64,000 bases of DNA from Burkholderiaceae bacterium (GTDB lineage: Bacteria; Pseudomonadota; Gammaproteobacteria; Burkholderiales; Burkholderiaceae_C), in assembly GCA_044226465.1 (NCBI GenBank), contig JBGAGZ010000024.1, positions 3,052-67,051 on the forward strand, read 5' to 3'. Made by a program: the position numbers and the translations under genes. Shown piece after piece: positions 34,412 through 44,427 of this stretch. How positions within the stretch are numbered: the first letter of the stretch is position 1; each line of letters starts with the position of its first letter. Below the pieces are notes generated by a model. That model was not told where the DNA came from and did no database searches. It saw only the letters and a program-made list of their open reading frames with translations.

Positions 34412-35647
34412 CTATTCCTTGCTCACGACGTTGGAACCATCCTTCAACTCAGGCGGCGGCGTGACCACGACCGTCTCGCCCGCCTTCAGCCCTTCGGTGA
34501 CCAGCTTGAACTTGCCGACGTCGGCACCGAGCTTGACGGCGCGCTGCTGGGCGTACCCATCGACCACCGCGAAGGCCGCGTTGGCGCCGTCGCGCTGCAC
34601 CAGGGCGTCGGGCGGCAACAGCACGCCGGGCACCGGCGCGGCCTGGGCCTTGGGCTTGGCCGCCAGGAAGCTCACGCGCACGCCCATGTCCGGCACGACG
34701 CGGTCGTCCTTCTGGTCCAGCGCCACGCGCACCTTGACCGTGGCCTTGCCGCGGTCGGCGCTGGGGATGACGGCCAGCACATGGGCCGGGATCTTCCAGT
34801 CCGGGTAGGCGTCGAGCACGGCCTCACAAGGCATGTCGGGCTTGACCTGGGCGATGTAGGCCTCGTTGACGTCCACCCCCACCTCCAGCGAGTCCATGTC
34901 GACGATGGTGCCCACGCCGGTGCGGGTGAAGCCGCCGCCGGCCGACAGCGGCGAGATGATCTCGCCCACCTGCGCGGCCCGCGCCGTGACGACACCGTCG
35001 AACGGCGCCCGCACCGTGGCGTAGTCGAAGTTGACGCGCGCCTGCACCACCTGCGCCTGGGCCGCCTCGGCCTGGCGCTGGGCGGCGTCGAGCTGGGCGG
35101 CCACGGCGCGCACGGCGGTCGCCGTCTGCTCCTGGCTCTGGCGCGTGGACATGCCCGAGGCGGCCAGCTCGGCCTGGCGGCGGGCATCGGCCTCGGCCTG
35201 CGCGAGCTGGGCACGCAATTGCGCCACCGTGGCCTGGGCGCTGCGGCCCTGCGCTTCGGCGGCCGCCAGGCCGGCCTTCAGCCCGCTGTCTTCCAGGCGG
35301 GCCAGCACCTGCCCCTTCTTGACGCGGAAGCCCTCGTCGATCAGCACCTCGGTCAGCGTGCCGGTGATCTGGGCCGAGACCGTGGCTGAGCGCCGCGCCG
35401 TCACATACCCCGTGGCCTGCAGCACGGCATCCGCCGACGGCCCCTGGCCGTTGGCACGCACGACCGTGGTCTGCACCGCCACCGGCTTGTTGCCCGCCAG
35501 CACCCACCACGCGGCGGCCCCCATCAGCGCCAGCACGACCAGGCCAGCCACCAGGCCCCAGACCCATTTAGGCGGGCCGCTGTCGTGGTCGTCACGCAGC
35601 GCGCCGTCGATGCGCAATTCCTTCAGCAGCCCGGTATCGATGATCAA
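34412..35647 (-). CDS. efflux periplasmic adaptor (HlyD/MacA family membrane fusion protein)
   Basis: 411 aa. N-terminal TM segment, a coiled-coil hairpin (Ala/Gln-rich segment), and barrel-sandwich motifs. First gene of the four-gene exporter operon. Confidence 0.85.
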   Translation of the reverse strand: MIIDTGLLKELRIDGALRDDHDSGPPKWVWGLVAGLVVLALMGAAAWWVLAGNKPVAVQTTVVRANGQGPSADAVLQATGYVTARRSATVSAQITGTLTEVLIDEGFRVKKGQVLARLEDSGLKAGLAAAEAQGRSAQATVAQLRAQLAQAEADARRQAELAASGMSTRQSQEQTATAVRAVAAQLDAAQRQAEAAQAQVVQARVNFDYATVRAPFDGVVTARAAQVGEIISPLSAGGGFTRTGVGTIVDMDSLEVGVDVNEAYIAQVKPDMPCEAVLDAYPDWKIPAHVLAVIPSADRGKATVKVRVALDQKDDRVVPDMGVRVSFLAAKPKAQAAPVPGVLLPPDALVQRDGANAAFAVVDGYAQQRAVKLGADVGKFKLVTEGLKAGETVVVTPPPELKDGSNVVSKE

Positions 35648-35779
35648 CCCCCTGCGAAAGAGCCCTCTGCGACCAGGCCGGATCGACCTGATGCAACGTG
35701 AGGGCTGAGTCCGACGCGACCGGGTGGGTCATGCCGGAGCGAGACGAGCACCGACACGGCGCGCGCTCATGGTTGTCGG

Positions 35780-35856
35780 TGGTAGGCCGTGTTGGACTTG
35801 AACCAACGACCAAAGGATTATGAGTCCTCTGCTCTGACCAACTGAGCTAACGGCCC
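35780..35856 (-). tRNA. tRNA with CAU anticodon (Met by anticodon; sequence resembles E. coli ileX, so possibly lysidine-modified tRNA-Ile2)
   Basis: Reverse complement: GGGCCGT-TA-GCTC-AGTTGGTCA-GAGC-A-GAGGA-CTCATAA-TCCTT-TGGTC-GTTGG-TTCAAGT-CCAAC-ACGGCCT-A-CCA. This folds as a 77-nt cloverleaf with an encoded CCA. Confidence 0.85.
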
Positions 35857-35944
35857 CAAGGCGGCGGATTCTAGGGCTCAGCCGAGCGACGGGCCGCCCC
35901 AAGCCGGCAGAGTACCCGCTGGGCGGGTGGTGCCGGTACTCCGT

Positions 35945-36973
35945 TCAGCGTTGCGAGAGCGCGTTGCCGACCAGGCGCGAGGTGATATCGACGATCTGGA
36001 TCATGCGGTCGTAGGCCATGCGGGTGGGGCCGATCACGCCCAGCGTGCCGACCACCTGGCCGTCGACCTCGTAGGGGGCCGACACGACGGACAACTCCTC
36101 GAACGGCACCACCCGGCTTTCGCCGCCGATGAAGATGCGCACGCCTTCGGCGCGGCTGGACGTGTCCAGCAGCCGCATCAGCTGGGTCTTCTGTTCGAAC
36201 AGGTCGAACATCTTGCGCAGCGAACCCATGTCGTTGCCGAAGTCCTGCACGCCCAGCAGGTTGCGCTCGCCGCTGACGATGACCTGGTCCTGGCTTTCGG
36301 CCATCGCCTCGGTGCCCATCTGCACGGCGGCCTGCATCAGGCCGGCGATCTCGCCGCGCAGCACGTCGATCTCGCTCTTCAGGCGCTCGCGCACCTCTTC
36401 GATCGCCAGGCCGGCGTAGTGGGCGTTGAGGTAGTTGCTGGCCTCGATCAGCTCGCTTTGCGTGGGGTCGTGGGCGGTGAAGATGACGCGGTTCTGCACG
36501 TCGCCATCGGGCGCCACCAGGATCACCAGCACCCGCTTCTCGCCCAGGCGCAGGAATTCGATGTGGCGGAACACGCTGGGCTTCTTGGGCGCGGTGACCA
36601 CGCCGACGAAGCTGGACAGGCTGGACAGCAGTTGCGCCGCCTGGGCGATCACCCGCTGCGGCTGGTCGGGGTGCAGTTGCTCGCGGGCCGCGGCCAGGTC
36701 GGGCGACGGGCCCGCCATGTCCAGCGGCCGCGCGGTGAGCATGGTGTCGACGAAGAGGCGGTAGCCGCGCGCCGTGGGAATGCGCCCGGCCGAGGTGTGC
36801 GGGCTGACGATCAGGCCCAAATCTTCCAGGTCGGCCATCACGTTGCGGATGGTGGCCGGCGACAGCTCCAACCCCGAGGCCTTGGACAGCGTGCGCGAGC
36901 CCACGGGTTGGCCGTCGGCGATGTAGCGCTCCACCAGGGTTTTCAGCAGGGATCGTGATCGCTCGTCGAGCAT
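35945..36973 (-). CDS. hrcA: heat-inducible transcriptional repressor HrcA
   Basis: Start [30 protein letters not shown] (an alternative MKIM start lies 9 nt upstream). 342 aa. Divergent from nadK-recN, as in other betaproteobacteria. Confidence 0.9.
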   Translation of the reverse strand: MLDERSRSLLKTLVERYIADGQPVGSRTLSKASGLELSPATIRNVMADLEDLGLIVSPHTSAGRIPTARGYRLFVDTMLTARPLDMAGPSPDLAAAREQLHPDQPQRVIAQAAQLLSSLSSFVGVVTAPKKPSVFRHIEFLRLGEKRVLVILVAPDGDVQNRVIFTAHDPTQSELIEASNYLNAHYAGLAIEEVRERLKSEIDVLRGEIAGLMQAAVQMGTEAMAESQDQVIVSGERNLLGVQDFGNDMGSLRKMFDLFEQKTQLMRLLDTSSRAEGVRIFIGGESRVVPFEELSVVSAPYEVDGQVVGTLGVIGPTRMAYDRMIQIVDITSRLVGNALSQR

Positions 36974-37060
36974 GATTTTCATTGTAAGGACAGGGCCTGC
37001 CCCCACCTCGTGCGTGAAAGCCCCTGTGGTGTAATTCCTCGACGACTTTTCACGCCCCGA

Positions 37061-37936
37061 ATGCCGACACGCTTTCGCCATGCCGCGCTGATCGGCAAGT
37101 TCCAGGCCCAGGGCATCCGACCGATGCTCGAAGGCATCGCCGAGTTCCTGCTGCGCCAGGGGCTGGAGGTGTCGGTCGAGCGCGAGACGGCGCTGAACAC
37201 CGACTGGGCCGACCACGGCGCCTTCACCCCGGCCGAGCTGGGCGCGCGCTGCGACTTCGGCATCGTCGTCGGCGGCGACGGCACCATGCTGGGCATCGCC
37301 CGCGAGCTGGCGCCGTACAACCTTCCGCTGGTGGGCATCAACCAGGGGCGGCTGGGTTTCATCACCGACATCCGCGCGTCCGACTGGGCCGAGGCCCTGG
37401 GGCCCATGGTGCAGGGCGACTACGAGGAAGAGCGCCGCGCCATGATCGAGGGCGAAGTGCGCCGCGACGGCGAGGTGATCTTCGAGGGCCTGTCGCTCAA
37501 CGACGTGGTGGTCAGCCGCGGCCACACGGCCAGCATGGTCGAGCTGCGCATCGACGTGGGCGACGAGTTCGTCGCCAACATCCGCGCCGACGGCCTGATC
37601 ATCGCGTCGCCCACCGGCTCGACGGCCTACGCGCTGTCGGCCGGCGGGCCCATCCTGCACCCGTCCATCGCCGGCTGGGTGCTGCTGCCGATCGCGTCGC
37701 ACACCTTGTCCAACCGGCCCATCGTGCTGCCCGACGGGCAGGACGTGGCGATCACCATCGTCGCCGGCCGCGATTCCAGCGCCAACTTCGACATGCACCG
37801 CCTGGCCAGCCTGTTGCATGGCGACCAGGTGCGCGTGCGCCGCTCGGCCCAGGCGGTGCGCTTCCTGCACCCGCGCGGCTGGAGCTACTACGCCACGCTT
37901 CGGCGCAAGCTGCGCTGGTACGAAGGCGTGGTCTGA
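37061..37936 (+). CDS. nadK: NAD kinase
   Basis: Start [13 protein letters not shown]. Motifs [16 protein letters not shown] and [17 protein letters not shown]. Confidence 0.85.
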   Translation: MPTRFRHAALIGKFQAQGIRPMLEGIAEFLLRQGLEVSVERETALNTDWADHGAFTPAELGARCDFGIVVGGDGTMLGIARELAPYNLPLVGINQGRLGFITDIRASDWAEALGPMVQGDYEEERRAMIEGEVRRDGEVIFEGLSLNDVVVSRGHTASMVELRIDVGDEFVANIRADGLIIASPTGSTAYALSAGGPILHPSIAGWVLLPIASHTLSNRPIVLPDGQDVAITIVAGRDSSANFDMHRLASLLHGDQVRVRRSAQAVRFLHPRGWSYYATLRRKLRWYEGVV

Positions 37937-37949
37937 TCCCTTTCACCCC

Positions 37950-39635
37950 ATGCTCAAGACCCTGACCCTCAAGGACTTCGTCATCGTCAAGGCGCTGGAT
38001 GTCGAGTTCGACGCCGGCTTCTCGGTGCTCACCGGAGAGACCGGCGCGGGCAAGTCCATCCTGATCGACGCGCTGCAGCTCGCGCTCGGCGCCCGCGCCG
38101 AGACCCACGTGGTGCGCGAGGGTGCTGCGCGGGCCGAGATCACCGCCGCCTTCGACACGCCCGCCTCCCTCGTTGCCTGGCTAGAAGAAGCCGGCTTCGC
38201 CACCGACGACGGCCCGCTGCTGCTGCGCCGCATCGTGGACAGCAAGGGCGGCAGCCGGGCCTTCATCAACGGCAGCGCGGCCACCGCTGCCCAGCTGCGC
38301 GAGGTGGCCGACCACTTGATCGACATCCACGGCCAGCACGCCTGGCAGGGGCTGACGCGGCCGGCGGCCGTGCGGGCCATGCTGGACGAGCAGGCCGGCG
38401 TCGACACGCGCGCCGTGGGTACCGCCTTCGACGCCTGGCGCGCCGCCAGCGACACCCTTGCCTCGGCCCGCACCCGCCAGGGCGAGCTGGCCAACGAGCG
38501 CGAGCGGCTGCAATGGCAGATCGGCGAGTTGGACCGCCTGGCCCCGAACGAAGACGAGTGGCCCGAGCTGAACGCCGAGCACCAGCGCCTGGCCCACGCC
38601 CAGGCCCTGCTCGACGGCGCAGGCCAGGCCTCGCGGGCCGTGTCTGGCGACGACGACGAGAGCGCCTCGCGCATGGTGGCGCGCGCGCTGGCCGCACTGG
38701 AAGACGTGGCTGGCTTCGACCCGCGTCTGGCGCCGGTGGTCGAGGTGCTGCAAGGCGCCCAGGCCCAGCTCGAGGACGCGGCCCACACGCTGAACGCCTA
38801 CCTCTCGCGCACCGACCTCGACCCCGACCGCCTGGCCGAGCTCGATGGCCGCATGTCCGCCTGGATGGGCCTGGCGCGCCGCTACCGCCGCCCGCCGGAA
38901 GAGCTGGCGGCGATGCTGGCCGAGTGGCGCGCCCATCTGCAGGCACTGGATGAAGCCGCCGACCTGGCTGGGCTCGAGCAACGCGTGGCCGACGCGCTGG
39001 CCGCGTGGCAAAAAGAGGCCAAGGCCGTCACTGCCGCGCGCCGACGGGCCAGCGGCCCGCTGGCCCAGCGCGTGACCGATGCGATGCAGCAGTTGGGCAT
39101 GGCCGGTGGCCGCTTCGAGGTGTCACTGCTGCCGGCCGAAGGGCCGCAGTCCTTCGGCGCCGAAACGATCGAGTTCCTGGTCGCGGGCCACGCTGGCAGC
39201 GCGCCACGGCCGCTGGGCAAGGTGGCCTCGGGCGGCGAGCTGTCGCGCCTGGCACTGGCCATTGCGGTCACCACGGCGCAGTCTCGGCAGGCCGGTGGCG
39301 CGGCCTCGGCCGGCCCGGCCACGCTGATCTTCGACGAGATCGACTCCGGCGTCGGCGGCACCGTGGCCGACGCGGTGGGCCGGTTGATGAAGCAGCTGGG
39401 CCGCAGCGCCCAGGTGCTGGCCGTGACCCACCTGCCCCAGGTGGCCGCCTGTGCCGACCAGCACTTCGTGGTCGCCAAGGCCACCGAAGGCGGCCAGACA
39501 CTGAGCCAGATCGCACCGGTGCAGGGCGAGGCCCGCGTGGCCGAGGTGGCGCGCATGCTGGGCGGCGACCGCTCGTCCGGCACCAGCCTGGCCCATGCGC
39601 AAGAGCTGATCCACCGCGCGGTGGCCAGCAGCTGA
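37950..39635 (+). CDS. recN: DNA repair protein RecN
   Basis: 561 aa starting [39 protein letters not shown]-terminal [12 protein letters not shown] and [11 protein letters not shown]. Confidence 0.9.
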   Translation: MLKTLTLKDFVIVKALDVEFDAGFSVLTGETGAGKSILIDALQLALGARAETHVVREGAARAEITAAFDTPASLVAWLEEAGFATDDGPLLLRRIVDSKGGSRAFINGSAATAAQLREVADHLIDIHGQHAWQGLTRPAAVRAMLDEQAGVDTRAVGTAFDAWRAASDTLASARTRQGELANERERLQWQIGELDRLAPNEDEWPELNAEHQRLAHAQALLDGAGQASRAVSGDDDESASRMVARALAALEDVAGFDPRLAPVVEVLQGAQAQLEDAAHTLNAYLSRTDLDPDRLAELDGRMSAWMGLARRYRRPPEELAAMLAEWRAHLQALDEAADLAGLEQRVADALAAWQKEAKAVTAARRRASGPLAQRVTDAMQQLGMAGGRFEVSLLPAEGPQSFGAETIEFLVAGHAGSAPRPLGKVASGGELSRLALAIAVTTAQSRQAGGAASAGPATLIFDEIDSGVGGTVADAVGRLMKQLGRSAQVLAVTHLPQVAACADQHFVVAKATEGGQTLSQIAPVQGEARVAEVARMLGGDRSSGTSLAHAQELIHRAVASS

Positions 39636-39642
39636 GCCGGCG

Positions 39643-40557
39643 ATGAGCGACGCCCCTCTCGCTGCGCCATCGCCCCTCGCCGCCGACCCGCGCGAGGTCG
39701 TGCTGGTCACTGGCATCTCGGGCTCGGGCAAGTCGGTGGCGCTGCATGCGCTGGAAGACGCGGGCTACTTCTGCGTCGACAACCTGCCGCCCGAGCTGCT
39801 GCGCGAGTTCATCCGCGTCGAGGGTGGCCACGGCGTGCACAAGCTGGCCATCGCGGTGGACGTGCGCACCGCCGGCTCGCTGCCGCACCTGCTGCCCGTG
39901 CTGGACCAGCTGCGCGCGGACGGCGTGAACGTGCGCAGCGTCTTCCTCAATGCCACGACCGAGGCCCTGGTCAAGCGCTTCTCGGAGACGCGCCGCCCCC
40001 ACCCCTTGAGCGCCAGCGTCAGCGACGGCGACGCCGAACACCGTGCCCTGGTCGACGCGATCGAGCTCGAGCGCACCCTGCTGGCCGACCTGCGCGAGCG
40101 GTCCACCGTGCTGGACACCTCGCAGCTGCGCCCCGCCCAGCTGCGGCTGTGGATCCGCGACCTGGTCGGCGCGGTGTCCAGCCGCCTCACGCTCGTGTTC
40201 GAGTCTTTCGCCTTCAAGCACGGCGTGCCGCTGGACGCCGACATGGTGTTCGACGTGCGCGTGCTGCCCAACCCCTTCTACATCCGCGAGTTGCGGCCGC
40301 TGACCGGGCGCGACGACGCCGTGGTCAGCTACCTGCGCGAGCAGCCCGAGGTCGGCGAGATGCTGGCGCAGATCGAAGCCTTCGTCCGGCGCTGGTTGCC
40401 CGCTTTCGAAGACGACCAGCGCAGCTACCTCACCGTGGCCATCGGCTGCACTGGCGGCCAGCACCGCTCGGTGTATTTCGTAGAGCAGCTGGCCGAGCGT
40501 TTCGCCGGCCGGGTGGCCACGCTGCGCCGACACCGCGAGTTGGACGAGCGCGCGTGA
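39643..40557 (+). CDS. rapZ: RNase adapter protein RapZ (YhbJ)
   Basis: 304 aa with [30 protein letters not shown] and [11 protein letters not shown]. Confidence 0.9.
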   Translation: MSDAPLAAPSPLAADPREVVLVTGISGSGKSVALHALEDAGYFCVDNLPPELLREFIRVEGGHGVHKLAIAVDVRTAGSLPHLLPVLDQLRADGVNVRSVFLNATTEALVKRFSETRRPHPLSASVSDGDAEHRALVDAIELERTLLADLRERSTVLDTSQLRPAQLRLWIRDLVGAVSSRLTLVFESFAFKHGVPLDADMVFDVRVLPNPFYIRELRPLTGRDDAVVSYLREQPEVGEMLAQIEAFVRRWLPAFEDDQRSYLTVAIGCTGGQHRSVYFVEQLAERFAGRVATLRRHRELDERA

Positions 40558-41192
40558 CGACCGCCCTCATATCCGACAAGTTGCCCGACCCGCTGGGCCT
40601 GTTTCCGCTGCGCACCGTGCTGTTCCCCGGCGGCCGGCTGTCGCTGAAGGTGTTCGAGGCGCGCTACCTCGACCTGATCTCGGCCTGCCTGCGCGAGCGG
40701 CGGCCCTTTGGCGTGGTCTGCCTGCAGCAGGGCGCCGAGGTGCGGCAGCCCGGCGGCGTGGCACCCACCCGCTTCGAGGCGGTGGGCACGCTGGCCCACC
40801 TGGACGAGGTCGACGCGGTCAGTCCGGGCGTGCTGAAGGTGCGCTGCAGCGGTGGTGCGCGCTTCCAGTGGATGGACCTGCAGGAAGGCCCTGACGGCCT
40901 GTGGCGGGCCAGCGGCGCGTTCCCGTTGGCAGCGGACCGTGCCGAGCCTCCGGGCGAGCGCTTTGCCGCCGCCACCGAGGCGCTGGAACGCGCCTATGCC
41001 GCCCTGGCCCAGCGGCCCGATGCGGACCTGCCCGCCGAGCAGCGCTTCGACGACGCGGGCTGGGTGGCCAACCGTTGGTGCGAGCTGCTGCCCATCCCCC
41101 TGGCCGCGCGGCAGCAGCTGATGGCATTGCCCGACCCGCTGCAACGCCTGGCGCTGGTCGACGAGTTCCTGCGTGGCAAGCAATTGATCTGA
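40554..41192 (+). CDS. LON N-terminal (substrate-binding) domain protein
   Basis: The GTG start overlaps the rapZ stop (GTGA). 212 aa. [29 protein letters not shown] is typical of LON_substr_bdg domain proteins. Confidence 0.7.
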   Translation: MTTALISDKLPDPLGLFPLRTVLFPGGRLSLKVFEARYLDLISACLRERRPFGVVCLQQGAEVRQPGGVAPTRFEAVGTLAHLDEVDAVSPGVLKVRCSGGARFQWMDLQEGPDGLWRASGAFPLAADRAEPPGERFAAATEALERAYAALAQRPDADLPAEQRFDDAGWVANRWCELLPIPLAARQQLMALPDPLQRLALVDEFLRGKQLI

Positions 41193-41222
41193 CCGATCGC
41201 CGCGTGCCAGCGGCGCGCGTCG

Positions 41223-42305
41223 TCAGGCCGACAACAGCAGCTTGGCCACCGGGGCCGGCAGGCCGAACGCAGCCAGCTCGTCGCGTGCCACCCAGCGGCC
41301 CTCTGGCCACTGCGCCTGCAGGGCGGTATCTCGCCGCGCTTGAGCGGGCAGCGTGTGGCGCCAGGGCGAGACCGCCAAGTCCATGTGGGTCAGCACGTGC
41401 TTGAAGGCCGGCAGGGCTGTGGTCTCGCCCGGCCAGCCGGCCAGCCAGTCGCCCAGCGCATCGGCCGAGGCGAACTCGGGCAGCGACCACAGGCTGGCCC
41501 AGATGCCCGTGGCCGGGCGGCGCAGCAGCCAGACCCGGTCGCCCTGGGACAGCCACAGCAGCGTCAGCGCGCGCCGGCTGCGCTTGAGCTTGCGGGTCTT
41601 GACCGGGTAAGCCTCGGTCCGGCCCTCGCGCCGCGCGACGCAGGGCTCGGACAACGGACACGCATCACAGTGCGGCGCGCGCTGCGCACACAGCGTCGCG
41701 CCGAGGTCCATCAGGCCCTGGGTGTAGGCCACCATGCCGGCCGGCTCGGGCAGCAGCGCCTCGGCCTGAGCCCACAGCGTTCGCTCGTGGCGCACCTCGG
41801 CCAAGTCGTCGCCGAAGCCCAGCACGCGGGTGAGCACGCGCTTGACGTTGCCGTCCAGGATGGCGGCGCGCTCGTCGAAGCAGAAGGCGGCGATCGCCGC
41901 GGCCGTCGAGCGGCCGATGCCCGGCAGCGTGGCCAGCACGGCAGCACTGCGCGGGAACTGCCCGCCATGCTCGGCCACCACGGCTTGGGCGCAGCGGTGC
42001 AGGTGGCGCGCTCGGCTGTAGTAGCCCAGGCCGGCCCACAGCGCGAGCACGTCGTCCAGCGGCGCGGCGGCCAGCGCGGACACGTCCGGGAAGCGGGCAA
42101 GGAAGCGCTCGTAGTAGCCCAGCACGGTCGTGACCTGGGTCTGCTGCAGCATGATCTCTGACAGCCACACGCGGTAGGGGTCACGCGTCTTCTGCCAGGG
42201 CAGCGCATGGCGGCCATGCTGGCGCTGCCAGCCGATCACGCGCTCGGCCAGGCCCTCGGGCACAGGCAGCGCAGCGGCCGCACCCTTGCCGCGCGCGGCG
42301 GTCAC
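41223..42305 (-). CDS. mutY: A/G-specific adenine DNA glycosylase MutY
   Basis: 360 aa with LPWQKTRDPYRVWLSEIMLQQTQV, the HhH-GPD motif LPGIGRSTAAAI, the FeS Cys cluster C..C..C, and a C-terminal NUDIX-like domain. The GTG start overlaps the upstream stop. Confidence 0.9.
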   Translation of the reverse strand: MTAARGKGAAAALPVPEGLAERVIGWQRQHGRHALPWQKTRDPYRVWLSEIMLQQTQVTTVLGYYERFLARFPDVSALAAAPLDDVLALWAGLGYYSRARHLHRCAQAVVAEHGGQFPRSAAVLATLPGIGRSTAAAIAAFCFDERAAILDGNVKRVLTRVLGFGDDLAEVRHERTLWAQAEALLPEPAGMVAYTQGLMDLGATLCAQRAPHCDACPLSEPCVARREGRTEAYPVKTRKLKRSRRALTLLWLSQGDRVWLLRRPATGIWASLWSLPEFASADALGDWLAGWPGETTALPAFKHVLTHMDLAVSPWRHTLPAQARRDTALQAQWPEGRWVARDELAAFGLPAPVAKLLLSA

Positions 42306-44392
42306 GGCAGCGCCAGGCCGCCCGAGTCCAGGAAGGCGTTGCCGCCGCTCACCGTGTCCACCGCGTCGGCCGGGCTGGGCACGACCGGGCCACGCTCGGC
42401 GCGGGTGCGCAGGGCCACGGCACGGTGGTGGGCGCGGTCGATCAGCTCCATCAGCTTGGCATCCTGGCCCTCGACCTCGGCCAGCCGGTGCTCCAGGTCG
42501 CCCGTGGCCTGCTGGATGCGCTCGAGTGCTTCGCGGCGGCGCTTCAGGCCCTTGCGGCGATCACGGTACTGGCCGTCGATCTGCTGCGAGGCGGATTGGT
42601 TCCAGGCCTCGACCTCACCACAGGCGTTCTCGAAGATGACGCGCAGCTTGGACATCAGCATGCGCTGGAACTGCTCGGAAAACGCCGGCCCGTTCATGCG
42701 GATGGCACGCGTGACGCTGAAGTAGCGGCCGTAGCCGCGCTCGATCAGCTTCAGCTCTTCACGGAAGGGCGCCAGGTCCGGCGCCGGCGCAAGTTGCAGC
42801 GAGAAGCCGTATTCGGTGTTGAGCTGGCGGAACGAGGCCTGCAGCATCTGGTCGATCTCGGCGCACTGGTGCGCCGCCTTGTCGACCTGGCCGATCAGGC
42901 CGTCGCACAGCTGGGTGAACGCGGCCTTGGCACGCAGGTTGAACCAGCTCGCGCCCAGCGCCGCCTGCAGGCTGGCCACGGCCTCGCGCAACCGGTCCGA
43001 CGACAGCGCGTGCATGGTGTCGCGCAGCATGCGCAGGTGCACCGTGCGCAGCGCGGTGAGCTTGGCCGTGCAGCGCTCGAACTCGGTGGAGTCGGCCTGC
43101 ACGCGGCCGAGCATCTGCGCCACGCGGCCTCCGCTCTTGCCGCGCAGGCTGCGCAGCTCGAGCATCTGTTCGGCGTTGGCGCGGCGCTGGTCGCGCAGGC
43201 GCCGGGTGGCGTGCTCGATCAGCGACTGCACGCCGCCGATCACCGCCTTGGCCAGCACCTGCTGGCGCTGTGGCAGCAGGTCGGCGTTGAGCGCCTCTTC
43301 CAGCGCCGGCAGCCGGCTTTCGGCCAGGCCCAGCTCATCGCCGGCCAATCGTGCGGCCAGGGCTTGGCGGGCGGAGACCGGGAACACCCGCTCGCGCCCG
43401 ATGCCGAGGGTGGACGCGGTCTCGGTGCACTGGCGCTCGATGGCCCGCTCGCGCTCGGCCGGTGTGGCCAGCGGGTCGGCCAGCGTGTCGACCTTGTTCA
43501 GCACCACGAAGCAGGACATGCCGCGGCCGCCGAGGTGGTCGGTCCAGATGTCGAGGTCGGACCGGGTGACGCCGGTGTCGGCGCCCAGCACGAACAGCGC
43601 GGCATGTGCGCTGGGCAGCAGGCTCAGGGTCAGCTCGGGCTCGGCGCCGATGGCATTGAGGCCCGGCGTGTCGACCACCACCAGGCCGCGCTGCAGCAGC
43701 GGGTGCGGGTAGTTGATGATGGCGTGGCGCCAGGCCGGCACCTCGACGCGGCCGTCGGGCTGGCGCGGCGGGTTGTCGACCGTGTTCTCGTCCGACCACA
43801 GGCCCAGGGCCCGGGCCTCGTTGACCGAGACCAGCCTGGTCGCGGTGACTTCGTTGAGCGCCTTGACCAGGCCCGGCGTGTCGTTCGGGTCCAGCGACAG
43901 CCTCTTCCAGCGCTCGCGCTGCTCGCGCCAGTCGGCCAGAGAGGCGGCCTCGCGGCGGGTGTCGATGGGCAGCAGGTCCAGCGTGGGAAGCTCGTGCTCG
44001 TCCCAAGACAGCTCGACCGGGCACATGGTGGTGCGGCCCGGCGTGGCCGGCAGCACGCGCCGGCCCGCATCGGCAAAGAAGATGGCGTTGATCAGCTCGC
44101 TCTTGCCGCGCGAGAACTCGGCAACGAAGGCCACCACCAGCTTGTCGCCCTTGAGCCGCTGGCGCAAGGCCTGGCTGGCGGCACCGGCCGCCGGGTCGAG
44201 CAGGTCGTTGGCGCCGAGGGATTCCTCCAGCGTGGCCAGGTCGGCCGCCAGCGCCATGCGCCAGTCGGCCAGCGCGTCCAGCCCGGGCGCCAGGAAGGGT
44301 TGCATGGCGAGCTGGCGCTCGTCGGTCGGCATGGCGCTCGATTTGGCGGCGTTGAAGGCGTGCAAGGCGGTGTTCTCTGGGTGAAAAAGCAT
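42302..44392 (-). CDS. dynamin-family GTPase (bacterial dynamin-like protein)
   Basis: 696 aa from MLFHPE (alternative Met starts at 44332 and 44305). G1 AEFSRGKSE, G3 VVVDTPG, G4 VLNKVD, and a long helical C-terminal half. The N-terminal extension of ORF 42302..45094 is antisense/out-of-frame to mutM. Confidence 0.75.
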   Translation of the reverse strand: MLFHPENTALHAFNAAKSSAMPTDERQLAMQPFLAPGLDALADWRMALAADLATLEESLGANDLLDPAAGAASQALRQRLKGDKLVVAFVAEFSRGKSELINAIFFADAGRRVLPATPGRTTMCPVELSWDEHELPTLDLLPIDTRREAASLADWREQRERWKRLSLDPNDTPGLVKALNEVTATRLVSVNEARALGLWSDENTVDNPPRQPDGRVEVPAWRHAIINYPHPLLQRGLVVVDTPGLNAIGAEPELTLSLLPSAHAALFVLGADTGVTRSDLDIWTDHLGGRGMSCFVVLNKVDTLADPLATPAERERAIERQCTETASTLGIGRERVFPVSARQALAARLAGDELGLAESRLPALEEALNADLLPQRQQVLAKAVIGGVQSLIEHATRRLRDQRRANAEQMLELRSLRGKSGGRVAQMLGRVQADSTEFERCTAKLTALRTVHLRMLRDTMHALSSDRLREAVASLQAALGASWFNLRAKAAFTQLCDGLIGQVDKAAHQCAEIDQMLQASFRQLNTEYGFSLQLAPAPDLAPFREELKLIERGYGRYFSVTRAIRMNGPAFSEQFQRMLMSKLRVIFENACGEVEAWNQSASQQIDGQYRDRRKGLKRRREALERIQQATGDLEHRLAEVEGQDAKLMELIDRAHHRAVALRTRAERGPVVPSPADAVDTVSGGNAFLDSGGLALP

Positions 44393-44427
44393 CCTAGCAG
44401 CGCGATCCGCCGCGTCGGCCCGGGTTT

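Noticed and set aside
35648-35944. Looked for integrase genes, att-like direct repeats of the tRNA 3' end, or island boundaries around the tRNA(CAU) gene
   Set aside because: None found. The neighbouring exporter has native-looking composition.
36974-37060. Searched the hrcA/nadK divergent region for a CIRCE element (TTAGCACTC-N9-GAGTGCTAA)
   Set aside because: No match or near match is visible.
37811-37826. LexA-box-like CTGT-N8 sequence (CTGTTGCATGGCGACC) upstream of recN
   Set aside because: The right half is GACC rather than ACAG, and it lies inside the nadK coding sequence. There is no convincing SOS box. recN starts only 13 nt after nadK.
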